A stretch of DNA of 63,490 nucleotides, the filler included, from Saprolegnia diclina VS20 (taxonomy: Eukaryota): NCBI RefSeq assembly GCF_000281045.1. It is 5 parts of 3 records of this genome, joined end to end, with 100 filler letters (N's around TTAATTAATTAA, not from the genome) between each part and the next. Parts side by side here need not be neighbours in the genome. Positions count along the whole stretch, not along the records: positions 1 to 21,195 come from NW_008246095.1; 4 more parts are not named here. One strand, given 5' to 3'. The notes beneath the pieces are model-generated. The model had not been told where the DNA came from. It made no database searches and saw only the letters and a program-made list of their open reading frames with translations. How positions within the stretch are numbered: position 1 is the stretch's first letter; every line of letters begins with the position of its first letter. This document shows, in pieces, positions 1 to 12,420 of this stretch. The position numbers and the translations under genes were made by a program.

Positions 1-345
1 GGCTCGTTCTACTTTTCCGGCGACACGGCCTACTGCGATGCGTTTGGCGCGATCCGCGAGACCTTTGGCGCGTTTAGCGTCTCGGCCATTCCGATTGGCG
101 CGTACGGGCCGCGCCAGATCTTTGGTCTGCAGCACTGCGACGTGGCCCAAGCGATCCAGATCCACAAGGACGTCCAAAGTCATTCGTCGCTCGGGATTCA
201 CTGGGGCACGTGGATCCTCACAGGCGAGCACTATCTGGAGCCCAAGCGCGATCTGCAGCGGCTCATGGCCGACGAAGAGGACCCCGATGCGTTCTACACC
301 CTCGACCACGGCGCGTCACGGCTCGTGCGATGGCGTCACGATTGA
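1..345 (+). CDS. N-acyl-phosphatidylethanolamine phospholipase D-like metallo-beta-lactamase-fold hydrolase, 3' part (5' end outside window)
   Basis: Frame +1 from base 1 reads GSFYFSGDTAYC...AIPIGAYGPR...QHCDVAQAIQIHKDV...SLGIHWGTWILTGEHYLEP, then TGA at 343-345. FSGDT, IPIGAY and IHWGT are NAPE-PLD/RomA family motifs. Confidence 0.85.
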   Translation, partial: GSFYFSGDTAYCDAFGAIRETFGAFSVSAIPIGAYGPRQIFGLQHCDVAQAIQIHKDVQSHSSLGIHWGTWILTGEHYLEPKRDLQRLMADEEDPDAFYTLDHGASRLVRWRHD

Positions 346-499
346 TACACTCGACGCTTTCGCAGTAACATGGACAGAGTGTCTTCTTTGCGTTGCTATA
401 GCTATATGGGCGGTTGCGTCCATGGATAACGATCGCTAAAGATAGCCGGGCGCAACGGACCTCGTTCGCTCGACGCGTGCCAGTTGCGAATCCGCCGGC

Positions 500-847
500 A
501 TGTTTGACGACCAGAGTCTGCCCCCGACGCCCGTGCCCGACGACGTGCCCTGCCGCTACAAGACAGGCAAGTGCCCGTACCCACGCGCGATCAAAGTCAA
601 CAAGAAGGACGGGTCGGGCGCGCGGCTCCTCCTGTGCGAGCGCCATCGACGGCTGCAAAACAAGACCAAGAAGCGCAGCGACGTCAAGTACAAGGACGAC
701 CGCGCGATTCTCCGCGTCGTCAAGCGGCTCACGCCCGACGTGCCGATGGCGGCGCTCAAGGCGCAACTCCTCACGGCACCCACGACGCCCGACCCGCCCG
801 CGTTTTCATCGTACGAGCTCGACATGCTCGCGTACTACCTCTTATGA
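500..847 (+). CDS. Small basic protein with C-x6-C...C-x2-H (WRC-like) putative zinc finger
   Basis: 115-aa ORF with host-like codon bias. CRYKTGKCPYPR...LLLCERHRRLQNKTKKRSD is followed by a Lys/Arg-rich segment. Confidence 0.65.
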   Translation: MFDDQSLPPTPVPDDVPCRYKTGKCPYPRAIKVNKKDGSGARLLLCERHRRLQNKTKKRSDVKYKDDRAILRVVKRLTPDVPMAALKAQLLTAPTTPDPPAFSSYELDMLAYYLL

Positions 848-938
848 CACCCACCGCATTCCTAGTGTTTGTACAATAATACATGTGTGTACATAGTCGC
901 TCTTAGTGGGCATAAAACCCCGTCGTCTTCGCGTTGTC

Positions 939-3900
939 TTAGGCAAACGACTCCATGAGCGGAAGGCGCTTGACGATCGCAGGCTTCTCGACCTCTCGGA
1001 GTAGCTTGAAGATGCCTGTCCCGACCGCGATGGGAATGCCCATGATGATGCACTCGCTCACACCGACGATCGCATCCGTGCGCGAGTGCACCTATACATC
1101 CGACTGAGCAAGCGACTAAGAACGTAGAGTCGTACCGCAGCATCAAAGAGGTGGTCGGTCGTCTTCTCAAACGACGCCAGCATGAGGACGCTCTCCTTCA
1201 TCTTGGCGATGCCAAAGCGCGTGATACCGAGCACTTCGCCCTTGAACGTCATAATGTCCGAGAGCAGCATGAGATGGCGCCGGTCAATGCCAATGCCGTA
1301 CGCGCTCATAATGTAGCTCACTTCGGACGCAATGAGATGGCGCGCGGCTTCGATCCCGAGCGTCTTTTCGACTTCGATAATGTGGTTGGAGGTCGTGTGG
1401 CGTCCGTCGACACCCGGCATGCCCATGACGTCGCTGAGACCGTAGCCTTCGACGAGCAAGTGGAGCTTCTTCTCCTTGCCTTCTTCGTAGTTGATGACGG
1501 CGCGGTTCACGGTCGGAATGCCCTGCACAATCACGTGCGGCAGCGCTGCCTTAAGCGCCTGGAGCGCAAAGTACATGGTGCAACGCGTGTCGCCGGCCGC
1601 CGACGCCTTGTACTTGGTCGGCGCCAAGATGCGCAATTTGTCCGGACGCCGTGCGTTCAATAGCACGTGGGGCTCCTTGAGGAGACGGACGATGCTGCGC
1701 GGCGGCGCACCGACCGCCGCCAGGATCGCTTGGCGCACGGTGCGCGCGTCGATCGTGAGCTGGAGCGCCGAGATCGCGTCCATATCGAGCTTCACCGAGA
1801 GGTACGCTTGGTCGCGCGCAAACACCTCCTTGATGTGCACGGCGATTTCGCCGAGTGTCGTCTTTTCAATGCAGCCCTTGACGATGCGCGCGCTGCGCTC
1901 GTCGTCCGAGCAGACAAGCGCGGCGGTGATGATGGGCGTCGAGATGTTCTTGCCGGCGTTGATGATCTCCTTGAGGCGCGGCACACCGAGCGTCACGTTC
2001 ATGGAAGCGACGCCGGCAAAGTGGAACGTCTTGAGCGTCATCTGCGTACCAGGTTCTGAAATCGACTGCGCGCCGATCGCACCGACCGCCTCGCCCGGCT
2101 CCATCATCGCGCGGTGGTACTTGGTGAGCGACACCTCGAGGATCTTCTCGCACTGCGACCGCGTGAGGCGGCACACGTTGTGCACGAGGAGCCGCGCGGC
2201 TTCTTGGGCTTCGACGCTGCCCGCGACCTTGGCCTTGAGCTGCCACTTGGTCAAAAACTCCTTGTTGGCAAACGACGTGTGCCACGACGGCGTGCTCACA
2301 TAGTGGAGCGCGTCCGTATCGAGCGACTCGTCGAGAGTCTTCTTGCCCTTCTTGGTCGTCGTCGTCGCCTTGGCCTTGGTCTTGGCGATCACGACCTTGC
2401 TCTCCGGCTCGACCTTGGTCGGTTCGTGCTCGAGCATGAACGCCCGCTCCAGCTGCGCAGCGTACGGCGACAGCGACGGGTCGTCGAGCGACGGGAGGTG
2501 CACGGCCGCGCGCACGGCCGTGAGTTTGTCGGCCGCCGCATAGAAGAACTCTTCGATTTCAATGAGAAACTTGCGGCCCGATGGCAGAATCGACTGAAAC
2601 TGTGGCCGCTGGACCGCCTCCTTCCCGAGCGCGCGGAGCTCCGAGGGCGAGAGCGCCAGGCCCGTGCGGTCCGCGTTGGTGTTGACGACGTGCGTCAAGA
2701 GGCGTTGAAAGTCGACCGGGCGGTCGTCGCCCTCCATGAACGCCGGGTTGAGACCGTCGTCACCGTACGTAAACTGGACGACGCTGCCCTCCGAGTTGCG
2801 CACAGTGGCGTCGTACTGGCAGCTCAGATCTTCGAGCGCCTTCATGAGACGACGCGCCATGTAGCCTGTTTCGGCCGTCTTGACGGCGGTATCGACGAGA
2901 CCTTCACGGCCACCCATCGTATGGAAGAAGAACTCGGTCGCCGTCAGCCCCGAGTAGAACGAGTTGGCGACAAAGCCTTTGGCGGCAGCGTGGAGCGCAT
3001 ACGGTAAAAAGTGCGGCAGCGTCCGGTTCACAAACCCCTCGGGCGCGCGCTTGCCACCGACCGACTGCTGCCCGACGCACGCCACCATCTGCGAAATGTT
3101 GAGCGGCGAGCCCTTCGAGCCGCACTCGGCCATGATGCGCGGGTTGTTGTGGAATGGCAGCGACTGCATGCACTCGCCACCGGCCGTCTCACGGAGCTTC
3201 CCGAGAAGACCGTTGAGCTCGCTCTCGAGCGACTGCAGCGGGTTGCACCCGGGTTTGAGCGTGAGCTTGCCGCGGCGGTAGTCCTCGATCGTCGCGTTCG
3301 CCTTGGCGTACCCATTGTCCAAAAGGTCCTTCTTGACCGCGTTGAGCTCGTCGGACGGCGTGACGTCGTCAATGCCGATCGAAAAGCCCTTGAAGTTGCC
3401 GAGCCAGCGCGCGCAGAGCTTGGCGAGGCGGTTCATGCAGCGCGCGGCCTCGGCCGACCCGTGGTCGCGAATGAGCACGTAAAAGAGCCCCTTCTTCGAG
3501 CCGTCGCCGAGCGTCTTCTTGCAGAGGTTGCCCGAGAGGAGCTCCGAGTTGCGAAAGACGACGTACCCGTCCTTGTGGCACATGCTCAGATTGTGCGTGT
3601 AGTTGCGCTCCTTGAGCTCGAGGTTGACCATGACGCGGCTCTTGCGGTTCGGGCGGATAAGGAGACTCATGACCTGCTTGCCCGTCCAGAGGCGGATCGG
3701 GAGTACGATCGCCGCTTCCGGGAGCTCGATCTCGTCGAGGCCGTCGCCCATGAGCGTCAGCACTTGGCAAAACTGCTCGCGGTTGAAAAACACATTTTTC
3801 TGCGTCAAAAGGTACGCGGCCGTGAGGAAATCTTGGGTTGCTGCCACGAGCGGCTCGCCGTTGCGCGACGTAATCAGGTTGTGCGGCACGGCCATGAGCG

Positions 3901-5697
3901 TCGCGGCTTCCGCGCGCGCCTCTTCGGTCTGCGGCAAGTGCATGTTCATCTCGTCGCCGTCAAAGTCGGCGTTGTACGGCGAGCAGACGCACTCGTTGAA
4001 GCGAAACGTGCGCCACTGGAGCACCTTGGCGCGGTGGCTCATGATACTCATCTTGTGCAAACTCGGCTGGCGGTTGAAGAGCACAATGTCGTCGTCCTCC
4101 ATGTGGCGCTCGACCACGTCGCCTTCCTTCAAGTCGTCGGCGAGGCTCGCGCGGTCGCCGTACATGAGGTTTTTCGTGTACTTTTGCCCTTCGATGCGGA
4201 TCGCATTCGCGCCCGGGTGCACGGCCGGGCCGTTGATGACGCACTGCCGGAGCTTGGCAATGTTGTAGCGCGTCACCTTTTCCGGGTATGTCATGACACG
4301 TGCCACCTACATGAGCGCATGAGCACCAAGACAACGGTGAAAGAGACGCGGCGTACGTGCTCGGGGACGCCGACTTGGTCGATGCGGAGGTTCGGGTCGG
4401 GCGAAATGACCGTTCGCGCCGAAAAGTCGACGCGCTTTCCGGACAAGTTGCCGCGGAAGCGACCTTGCTTGCCCTTGAGGCGCTGGCAGAGACCGCGGAT
4501 CGGCTTGGGCGCGCCCTGGAGCTTGGTCAAGCCCGGCGTGTCGCCGTTGATAAACTGGGCGACTTGGATCTGGAGAAAGTCCCAGTCTTCCATGACCATC
4601 TTGAGCGTCGCGCCCTTGGAGAGCGCGGCTTGGAGCGCAAAGTTGACCTACGTGCTCGTGAGCTGGCGAATGCAAATTGTAAGGAGCAACCTGGATGATT
4701 TCCTGGAGCTTGACTGTCAGATCGTCCTCGTTACTGCCGCTGCCCACGTCCATGGCGACACTGGGCCGGATGCAGACGGGCGGCACGAGGAGCGAGTTGA
4801 GGATGAGCTTCTCTGGCCGACCAACGTCGGCGTTGACCCAGAGCAAGTCGCAGTCCTATATGTCGTATTGTCGAACGAAGATCCAAGACATAAGGCGTGG
4901 TACCTGGTCGGGGATGCGCTTGAAGAGCTCCTGGACGACGAGCGGGCTCAGATCTTCTTGGGCCTTGGCGAGGAGCGCGCTGGTCATTTCGGCGTTCTGC
5001 GCCTGCGCCTGCGCAAACTGCGCGACAAACACCGTGCGCATGTCGTGCGCGGCTTTGGCGCGGTACTTTTCGTGCACGAGCTTGAGCGTCGGGCACGCGA
5101 TCTTGCGCACGGTGCCATTGATGCCGTCGCAATGCGGGCAACGCACAACCTTCTTGCAGAGCGCCGAGATCTTCTTGCGCGTGTTGATCTTTTTGAGCGC
5201 GTCGGCGGTCGGGTCGCGCATGCGCCGGAGGTAGCCCTCGCGCACGTCGGGCGCGAGCAAGACGCGGCTGCACTCTTTGCAGATGTTCTGGAGGATCTCG
5301 AGCGTCGCCTTGATGTAGCCAATGTGGAACACGGGCAGCTCCAAGTTGACGTAGCCAAAGTGGCCGACGCAGTCCGAGAGCTTCAAGTGGCACGTGTCGC
5401 ACTCGTCCGTCTTGTTGGAGATACCGAGCCGCTTGTCCAAGACGCCAAACTTGGCTGGCTCGCGCGTCGGCATGGTAAAGAGGTCCCTATCGCATGGGCC
5501 ATGAGCCTCATTACCCGGCAGCAAGCATCGATGTACTTGGAGTGCACGGGGATCTCGGACATCTGCATCATGTCGGTCGACGAGAGCAGGCCAAAGTTGA
5601 GGTGGCTGATCTTCGATGGCCGATCATTCTCGAGGACGAACTGCTTCACGAGCGGGTTCCGGCGGCTCATCGCGCCCGGCGCTGCAGTCCCGTTCAT
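939..5697 (-). CDS. RPC1: DNA-directed RNA polymerase III largest subunit (multi-exon)
   Basis: Contains [11 protein letters not shown] (catalytic), [37 protein letters not shown] and [14 protein letters not shown]. No CTD heptads. The last intron is 1092-1135 (44 nt) and the final exon ends ...LMESFA-TAA at 939. The start could instead be the ATG at 5670. Confidence 0.95.
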
Positions 5698-6212
5698 GGA
5701 TGGCAAAAGGAAACCTGACCAAACACCACTCATCTTGGCGTAGCCCCCTCCCCTGGGGGGACCCCACACAACGCCCGCCGATGATTCGCTCCAACCCAGC
5801 CGTTTACGGTAGGGGGGCCTACGAAATAGAGCGAAACTGGGACACGACGAATCACGACAGCCAATGAGCGCGCTCCATTTTCGTGGCACATGGCGGCCGC
5901 GACGCGATCTTGCAGCGACATCACAATAAGCGTTGAACGCAAGAGCACTTGGACCGACTACTTATCCGCCGTGTACCGAGGCAAGAAGGGCCTAGTATGC
6001 ACATATTGTCCAGCAAGTCAGAATAGTCCAGGTACTTGGTATATCGTTGATCGAGTGACAACATTCTGCGCTAGTGTACCACGACATGCAGAGCGACGCC
6101 CGTTCACACCGCAGGACTTTTCCGAGCAGTGTGCACTATGCGAGGCGTCAAGCACCACACCTTGAACTCTCTTAACGTTAAATAGGGGGTGGGCTATCGT
6201 AGTAGTACGTAA

Positions 6213-7482
6213 TTATGACCACGAGTACATTCCGTTGTCGAGAATATGCTGGAGGTTGTGGTCGACCCAGTCGGCTTCGGCGTCGTGCCGCTGGGGTGGC
6301 AGCGGCTTGGATGGCCGACATTCGTAGAGCTGGAGCTCAATGTGGCGCATGAGAGCGGGCGAGACGTAGTGATACGCAATGGTCTCGGTGGAGCAGCACT
6401 CGCGCTGCCACTGGACGCCGCCGAGACCGCGATGAAACTCGTTGAACCTACTCGCTGCTTGACGCATTTCAAAACGATGACCAGGCGCACCACATGGACG
6501 GTGCGAACGCGTCCGGGTTGGTCCAGTACACCCCCTCTACCCAGATGCGTTCAAATGCTCACAGTAGGGTATCGTCCAGCGTACGGGGGTTGTTGGCATG
6601 CCAGCGCTCGCGGCCATGCAGGTCGCGCGTGTTGGTCGGCGTCGCGCCGGCCCACGCCATGCAAAATGCGATCGCTGCGTCGTCTGGCACCATGTCGCTT
6701 CTCTCGTCGTTCAAGCAGCGCGAACTCGAGAACGATTCGACTGCACGCTGCCCGTACCATCAGTGATGCGTCGTCATCAACACTCGAAACTGCACCTGCA
6801 TGTAGAGCTTGTTCATGGCGTAGCCGGGCCCGCCCGAGTTGAAGACCCACCTACCGATCGATCGAGTGCCCATCACCCTGCGCCTACGAGCTTACCAATC
6901 GGCCCAGCGGCGTTTGTACTCGTCCAGCAGTGCTTTGTCTTGGACGTAATAGTCGACGAGGTCACTTGGTAAGCGAAAGCGGTGGCCGAGCTGCAGCGGC
7001 ACGAGGTCTGTCTGCATCGCGATCTCGGGCGACCGCAAGTAGGCGCGGAGGTTCTCGAGGATGACATAAGCGTCGTCATCGGCTTTGTAAAACCAGTCGT
7101 ACGCATGGCCGTACGTCGCCCAGATATACGCCAAACTCGCCTTGTGCTTTTGCCACAAATGGTCGTGGTCGGCCGGCGCGTCGACAGCTACGGCGCCGAT
7201 GCTCGCATCGGTGACGTTGCTCAGAAACACGAGCTTATCGCAGCGAGGCCCCCACGTGTCTCGAATCGCGCGGGCCCTCGTCTCGTGGTGTGGCGAAATC
7301 GTGTTGACAAAGCAGAGCACGCGCGGGGCGTCGGTGGCGGGTGCGACGTGCACCACGTCGAGCGCCGCATTGGACGCGTCGAGGTCGAGCGCGCAGAGCT
7401 CGGGCCGCACACTGCGGTGTCCTCCAGCAGTCGAACGCGTCAGCAGCATTAGCACCGCCGCACCGCGCCCGCCACGTCGCAT
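6213..7482 (-). CDS. Glycoprotein-N-acetylgalactosamine 3-beta-galactosyltransferase-like (GT31), multi-exon
   Basis: RVLCFV...RARAIRDTWGPRCDKLVF, HLWQK and YDWFYKADDDAYVILENLR (DxD motif). Later exons give NSGGPGYAM and ECCSTETIAYHYV. Confidence 0.85.
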
Positions 7483-7646
7483 TGCTTCGAAAATCCCGCG
7501 TCAAGATCGTGTCTGTCCAGCGGGCCAATCCGGTCGTCGCAACCAAGCGAGCCCATTGCTCTTTATAAAACGCTCGCTATCGCTCGACCAAAGATTGTCG
7601 TTTGCATCATCGACAGAAGATGCAAGGAATAGGGTTATAAGGACGG

Positions 7647-10244
7647 TTATGTGCTCTGGACTGCAAACTTCATGAGGTGCTCCATAAAGACCTTGAGGCT
7701 CACGTCGTCCGTAAAGATGACTTCGCCTTGGCCGTCGCCCTGCGTGTGCGAGTTGGACGGGTTGAGCTTGGCCATGAGGAAGCGCGACTGGCTCTTGTGC
7801 TGGTCGCACACAATGTAGCGCGGGACCGGGAAGCGCGAGTCCATAATGAGCTGCGCGTCGGCTTGCGGCGCTTCCAGCAGGTTCTTGAAGTTGATGTGCT
7901 CGGCGTGCTCGTGGAACTTTTGGTCGCGCCACGATGCAATCGTCTCGCCGTGGAAGACGACCACGTAGAAGAACGAGTCGAGGAGCAAAATCGTGTCGGC
8001 GCGGACGGACGCCGAGTCGAGGAGCGCGGGCGCGGGCGGCCCGTTGAACGAGTACGAGAGCAAGGACGGCTGGATCATGACGAGCGAGTTGGTCGTGCAC
8101 TCGCGCATGAGGCAGTGCCGGTACGTCGCGCTCTCGTCGGGCGAGTACCCAAACACTTGGAGAAACTGCGACCGGCGCAAGTGAAACATAAACTGCGGGT
8201 AGATCGAAAACTCGCGCGAGAGGCGAAAGCTCGACGGGTCGTCCTTGCGGTAGTCGGCAAAGCGAGCGCCGAGGCGGATGAGCGACCGGTCAATCCATCG
8301 CATAATGTCGTTCGTCTCGTCGCCGCGCTCGGACCGGTGGACTGCAATGCGCGTCATGAGCACGGCCGCGGCTTCTTGGTCAAACCCGCGCTTAAGCGAC
8401 TCGATGTCTTCCGGGTCGACCGACCACGGGCCACAAATGGTCGTCACGCGCGTGCGGAAGCGGCCGCTCGCGTGCTGGTAGCGCGTGATAAACTGAAGGT
8501 ACCGGCCCTTGCCCGGGTGCAACGTCGACGTCGCGGGGTTGGTCACGTCAAAGTAAATCGCGATCGCCATCTGCGGGTCCAAGGCGCCGAGGCTCCACGT
8601 GTTGGTGCCACCGACACCGATCTCGGTCTCGCTAATGTTCTTGGCCGGCAGCGCATTGTTGGTCTTCTTGAGCGCTGCGCACGGGCCGATGGCGCCCGAG
8701 ACCTTGAACTCGCGCGACGTGAGCACTTCGAGCGACGACGCAAACGCCATGGTCAGGTGGTTCTGGTCGCACTCGGCCGCCTCGTCCGAGAAGCGCGAAA
8801 ACATGCGCCGGAAGCTCTCTTTGAAGACACTCTGGCCAAACGAGTCGGCGAGCACGATGACGCCGCCCGTCTTGGCGACGCAGACGCGCATCTCCATGAC
8901 GCCACTCTGGTCGAGCGAGCACGCGAAAATATCGACAACGTGCGCGTTCGAGACGCAGCGCTCGGCCAGCGCAGTGTAGTGCTCGATGGCTTTGGCCGAG
9001 AGCGGCGCGTTGCCCTTCTGGATGTCCGTGTGCGACCGAATGTCCTCGGACCGCTCGCGGTTAACGATCGCACCGGGACCGGTGGTCGCGGGACCGCCCA
9101 CAAACATCATGATGCGCGCACCTTGGCCGCGATGCGTCGCTTCGAGGAGGCCAACCGCGACCGACATGGCGACGCCAGTCGCGCGCTGCGGGCGGTGGCC
9201 CGCGTTGACTGGCCACGGGTCGCGCTGGAGGTCTTCGAGGATCGACTCGAGCGTAAAGCCGCACTCGAGCACGGGAAGGAGAAAGCGGGACGACGCCGGC
9301 GCCTGGACCGTCGCGGGCTGGCCGCCTTGGCCCGGGTGGCGCGTCACCGCGAGCCCGAGAAAGTCCTGGACCTGCTGCGTCGTAAAGTCCTTGTTGCCAC
9401 GGAAGACGTGCGACTTGGGGCACTCGGTAAAGCCGAGCTCGTGGACGTGCACCATGGTGCCGTAGGTGACGAGACCGACGAGCGCTTCGTCCGGGAGGAG
9501 GTTGAGCGTCTGCTGGATCGAGTCCTTGAGCTCGTCGAGCTCCTCTTCGGCGAGGCACGTGTCGATGCAAAAGATAAAGATCGGCGGGCCGGCCACGCGC
9601 TGCGGCAGCTCGTACTCGAGCGTCGAGAAGGACGGAATGAGCTCCGCGGGCAAGTTGGCCTCCGAGATGTGCTCGGCGTAGTGCGGCGGAAAGTGGTTGC
9701 GCGTAATGCAGAACGGGCACACCCACAGCTTGGACATAAAATCGACCTGGGCGAACGGGTTGAGGATCGCCGCGCAGCCCTTGCACTGGATCGGGTCGTA
9801 CTCGACGGCGTCCGGCATGCCTTCGATCGGCTTGAGTGGCTGGAAGACGCACCCCATCGGCACCACGCAGCGTGTTTGCTCGAGCGCATTCACGGGCCAG
9901 TTGTTCCACGAGAAACGCACGCCGTCCTTCGCCTCGTTGGCTTCAAAGTCCCACACGGGCGGGGCCACGACCGCATGCTGCGAGCTCTGGTCCATCGAGG
10001 GCTGGCCGCCATAGGCTTGTCCATACTGGCCTTGCGGCTGGCCATACTGGGCCTGCGGCTGGCCGTACTGCGCTTGAGGCTGGCCATACTGCTGCTGCTG
10101 CTGCGCGTACTGCTGATCGTACTGCTGCGGCTGAGCGTACTGCTGCTGCTGAGCATACTGCTGGTCATACTGCTGCTGCTGCGGCTGGCCGTACTGCTGC
10201 GGCTGGCCGCCGTACTGGCCCTGCGGGTACCCGGGCTGCTGCAT
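7647..10244 (-). CDS. SEC23: COPII coat protein Sec23 with Q/Y/G-rich N-terminal extension
   Basis: [11 protein letters not shown], zinc finger CKGC...[39 protein letters not shown] and [15 protein letters not shown]. Intronless. First ATG in the ORF is MQQPGY. Confidence 0.97.
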   Translation of the reverse strand: MQQPGYPQGQYGGQPQQYGQPQQQQYDQQYAQQQQYAQPQQYDQQYAQQQQQYGQPQAQYGQPQAQYGQPQGQYGQAYGGQPSMDQSSQHAVVAPPVWDFEANEAKDGVRFSWNNWPVNALEQTRCVVPMGCVFQPLKPIEGMPDAVEYDPIQCKGCAAILNPFAQVDFMSKLWVCPFCITRNHFPPHYAEHISEANLPAELIPSFSTLEYELPQRVAGPPIFIFCIDTCLAEEELDELKDSIQQTLNLLPDEALVGLVTYGTMVHVHELGFTECPKSHVFRGNKDFTTQQVQDFLGLAVTRHPGQGGQPATVQAPASSRFLLPVLECGFTLESILEDLQRDPWPVNAGHRPQRATGVAMSVAVGLLEATHRGQGARIMMFVGGPATTGPGAIVNRERSEDIRSHTDIQKGNAPLSAKAIEHYTALAERCVSNAHVVDIFACSLDQSGVMEMRVCVAKTGGVIVLADSFGQSVFKESFRRMFSRFSDEAAECDQNHLTMAFASSLEVLTSREFKVSGAIGPCAALKKTNNALPAKNISETEIGVGGTNTWSLGALDPQMAIAIYFDVTNPATSTLHPGKGRYLQFITRYQHASGRFRTRVTTICGPWSVDPEDIESLKRGFDQEAAAVLMTRIAVHRSERGDETNDIMRWIDRSLIRLGARFADYRKDDPSSFRLSREFSIYPQFMFHLRRSQFLQVFGYSPDESATYRHCLMRECTTNSLVMIQPSLLSYSFNGPPAPALLDSASVRADTILLLDSFFYVVVFHGETIASWRDQKFHEHAEHINFKNLLEAPQADAQLIMDSRFPVPRYIVCDQHKSQSRFLMAKLNPSNSHTQGDGQGEVIFTDDVSLKVFMEHLMKFAVQST

Positions 10245-10375
10245 CCGACGCGCTTGGAAATGCAAAATGGAAGCTGCCGACGTTTGCCGTCACAAAGAAG
10301 TCAAATTTCGTGGAGACGTCTCATTGGTCCACAAAGCCTTGACGACGTTGTGATTGGCTATAATTCGAACACGAG

Positions 10376-10439
10376 CAGTTCATTGCCTAATCGGAAATGA
10401 TCAGTTCATTGCCTAATCGGAAATGATCAGTTCATTGCC
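10376..10439. repeat. 26-bp tandem repeat, about 2.5 copies (CAGTTCATTGCCTAATCGGAAATGAT)
   Basis: Exact copies start at 10376 and 10402, with a partial copy at 10428. Lies upstream of SEC23. Confidence 0.9.
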
Positions 10440-10839
10440 GTCGGCCCTCAAGCAATTGATCCACGCGGCCGCTTTGACGCTCTTGCGCACCTTCCCAGCG
10501 AGACGGAGCGCCCGATGCATACGCACACCACGCTGCCACGCTCGAGGCGGCTTGCTGGTATATCCAACCTAACAGTAGCAGTCGCGGACGAGTCCATGGG
10601 GAGCTTGATGTCAGCCGCTAGCTAGCTTCGACCAGCCCAAGCCCACGTCAAAGGATATTGCGCTTCTTCGTTTCGGCTCGCATTGTGGTGGGTGACCTGG
10701 AGCAAATCGGTATGTGGTTACTTTCTTTGAGGAGTTCTGTGAGTGCATTTGCCAGATGTCGTGCCCAAGAGATTGGACCCTGGCGAGCCTCTACGACGCC
10801 TCGCACAGCGCCCGGCACGCTCATTGCTCAATCGTCCAC

Positions 10840-11193
10840 ATGCAGCCGAACCCCGTATTCGTGTACATCGCGGTGCTCTTTGTAGCGATGACGTCGGCGC
10901 TCGAGTGCACGTCGGGAGACTTGGCGACGGTCACGTCCGCCGGCCTCACGTGCATCAACGCCGCGAGCCTCAACATTGCCGCTGTGTCGTCCCAAGACCC
11001 CGAAGTGCTGGTCAAGATGTGCCAGCACTCGGAGTGCAAATCGTTCTTTGCCGCCACACAAGCGTTGACGTGCACGGTGCAGAACCAACCGGCGTCGCTT
11101 GCGTCCCTTGCCTGCAGCGGTGCCACGTCATGGACGCCGACCATCACACTGGGTGTCGTCGCATGTCTTGTGCTCCTCGTCGTGCAGCTATAA
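10840..11193 (+). CDS. Elicitin-like small secreted protein with probable GPI/membrane anchor
   Basis: Hydrophobic signal peptide, six Cys in the mature part including KMCQHSEC (elicitin C-x4-C core), and a C-terminal SGA...hydrophobic tail. Confidence 0.7.
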   Translation: MQPNPVFVYIAVLFVAMTSALECTSGDLATVTSAGLTCINAASLNIAAVSSQDPEVLVKMCQHSECKSFFAATQALTCTVQNQPASLASLACSGATSWTPTITLGVVACLVLLVVQL

Positions 11194-12420
11194 TGCAATG
11201 CAATCTATTCTTCCATGCGCCCAATGTCCCACCGTGAGCGCTAGAGCCGACCACGGGTACAATCAAGACCGCTGGCCTCGCAAGCACTCGCGCTGACCCT
11301 GCTCATGGGTTGTCGCCCGAGGCGACTGGAGATACCAAAGAAGGTACAGGCCGACACTGCAAGCGCGTCGGGTATGCTCTCCACAGTGCGCTGAAGACCC
11401 GTGTGTCGCTTTGGCACCCTTGTCAAGGATCCCATCTATAGCAAATCTATAGCTTGTACTAGCTCTTGGGTTCCGTGAGCAACCTCTTCCATCACTCATA
11501 CTTGTACATACTACGTGCAGTCGAAACCTGAAGGAGGCACGACCAGTGCCGACAGCGACACGTGCGCAGAAGTCGTTGGCATCAACGCCTTGGGTGTTTC
11601 GCGGGGTATTTTCGGCGGCAACCCTCCAACAAGCCCAGGAAAAGCCGAGGTCAACCGCCGGCTCGCTACAATTGTAGCATCAACGGCAAGAGGTAGCTCA
11701 AGCGCCAAGACTCTCATGTGTTTTCAGACGAAACGCCGAACGACGATGCAAAGGTCGAGTGCGACGAATCTTGCGTCTCTTTGCACCAAGATCTGCTGAC
11801 GGGGCGATCTATTCTGAGCGCGAAGGCGCGACAAAAGTAGCTGCGCTGAAATTCTTGTGGCACGGTCGCGAAGCCCACAGCTGACGACGCGGTGCTGGCA
11901 CGGGCAAAACACTTTTGTCCCTTTTTGTAAATAGTGTCATTATGGCTCGTCGAATGCCTGCAGGAGGCTGTGGCAATGTCAGAGAGGTTGGTTGGTTGAG
12001 GGGTCGTGCCACTCTGGTGATGTCGACTGTGAAGCGACCCTTCTCGAGTCCTCGCAACCGCGCGGCGAGGGAGGTGCGCCGCGTTGACGGCTTGCCACGA
12101 GGTTTGACAGGTTGTAGAAGCACTAAGATCCGATCTTATTGCACAAGAGGCAAATCAAGATGCGTGTCGTTGGGGGGAGGCAGTGTTCTGGGGCTGCGTG
12201 ACTCACACTATTCCTGTGGCGTCCCGATAAACTTCTGTGGTTTCTGGATTTTTCGAGGTTTGTCCCAGAACCTCTGAGACGTGATGGTGGCAGAAGGGGT
12301 TGGTCATTCGCCCTTTGGCCGCCACCTGCCGCGGACGTCGCCGCCGCTTCCTGCGCTCTTCCTCGACCCCGCCAAGATACGTCCACCACGAAAGCGCCCT
12401 CTTCGTCGAAAGTCGAGGCG

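Noticed and set aside
3011..5743. 910-aa plus-strand ORF antisense to RPC1
   Set aside because: Mostly the mirror frame of a GC3-biased gene, where TTA/CTA/TCA codons are rare. No recognisable motifs.
7677..10400. 907-aa ORF antisense to SEC23 (likewise those opposite the MFS, GAPDH and reductase genes)
   Set aside because: Codon-register shadow of a highly biased gene.
10376..10439. Short repeats as a CRISPR array
   Set aside because: No spacers, fewer than three units, and a eukaryotic context with no cas genes.
11250..12300. Lower-GC intergenic stretch with several short ORFs, possible transposon relic
   Set aside because: No transposase, RT or recombinase motif and no terminal repeats recognised.
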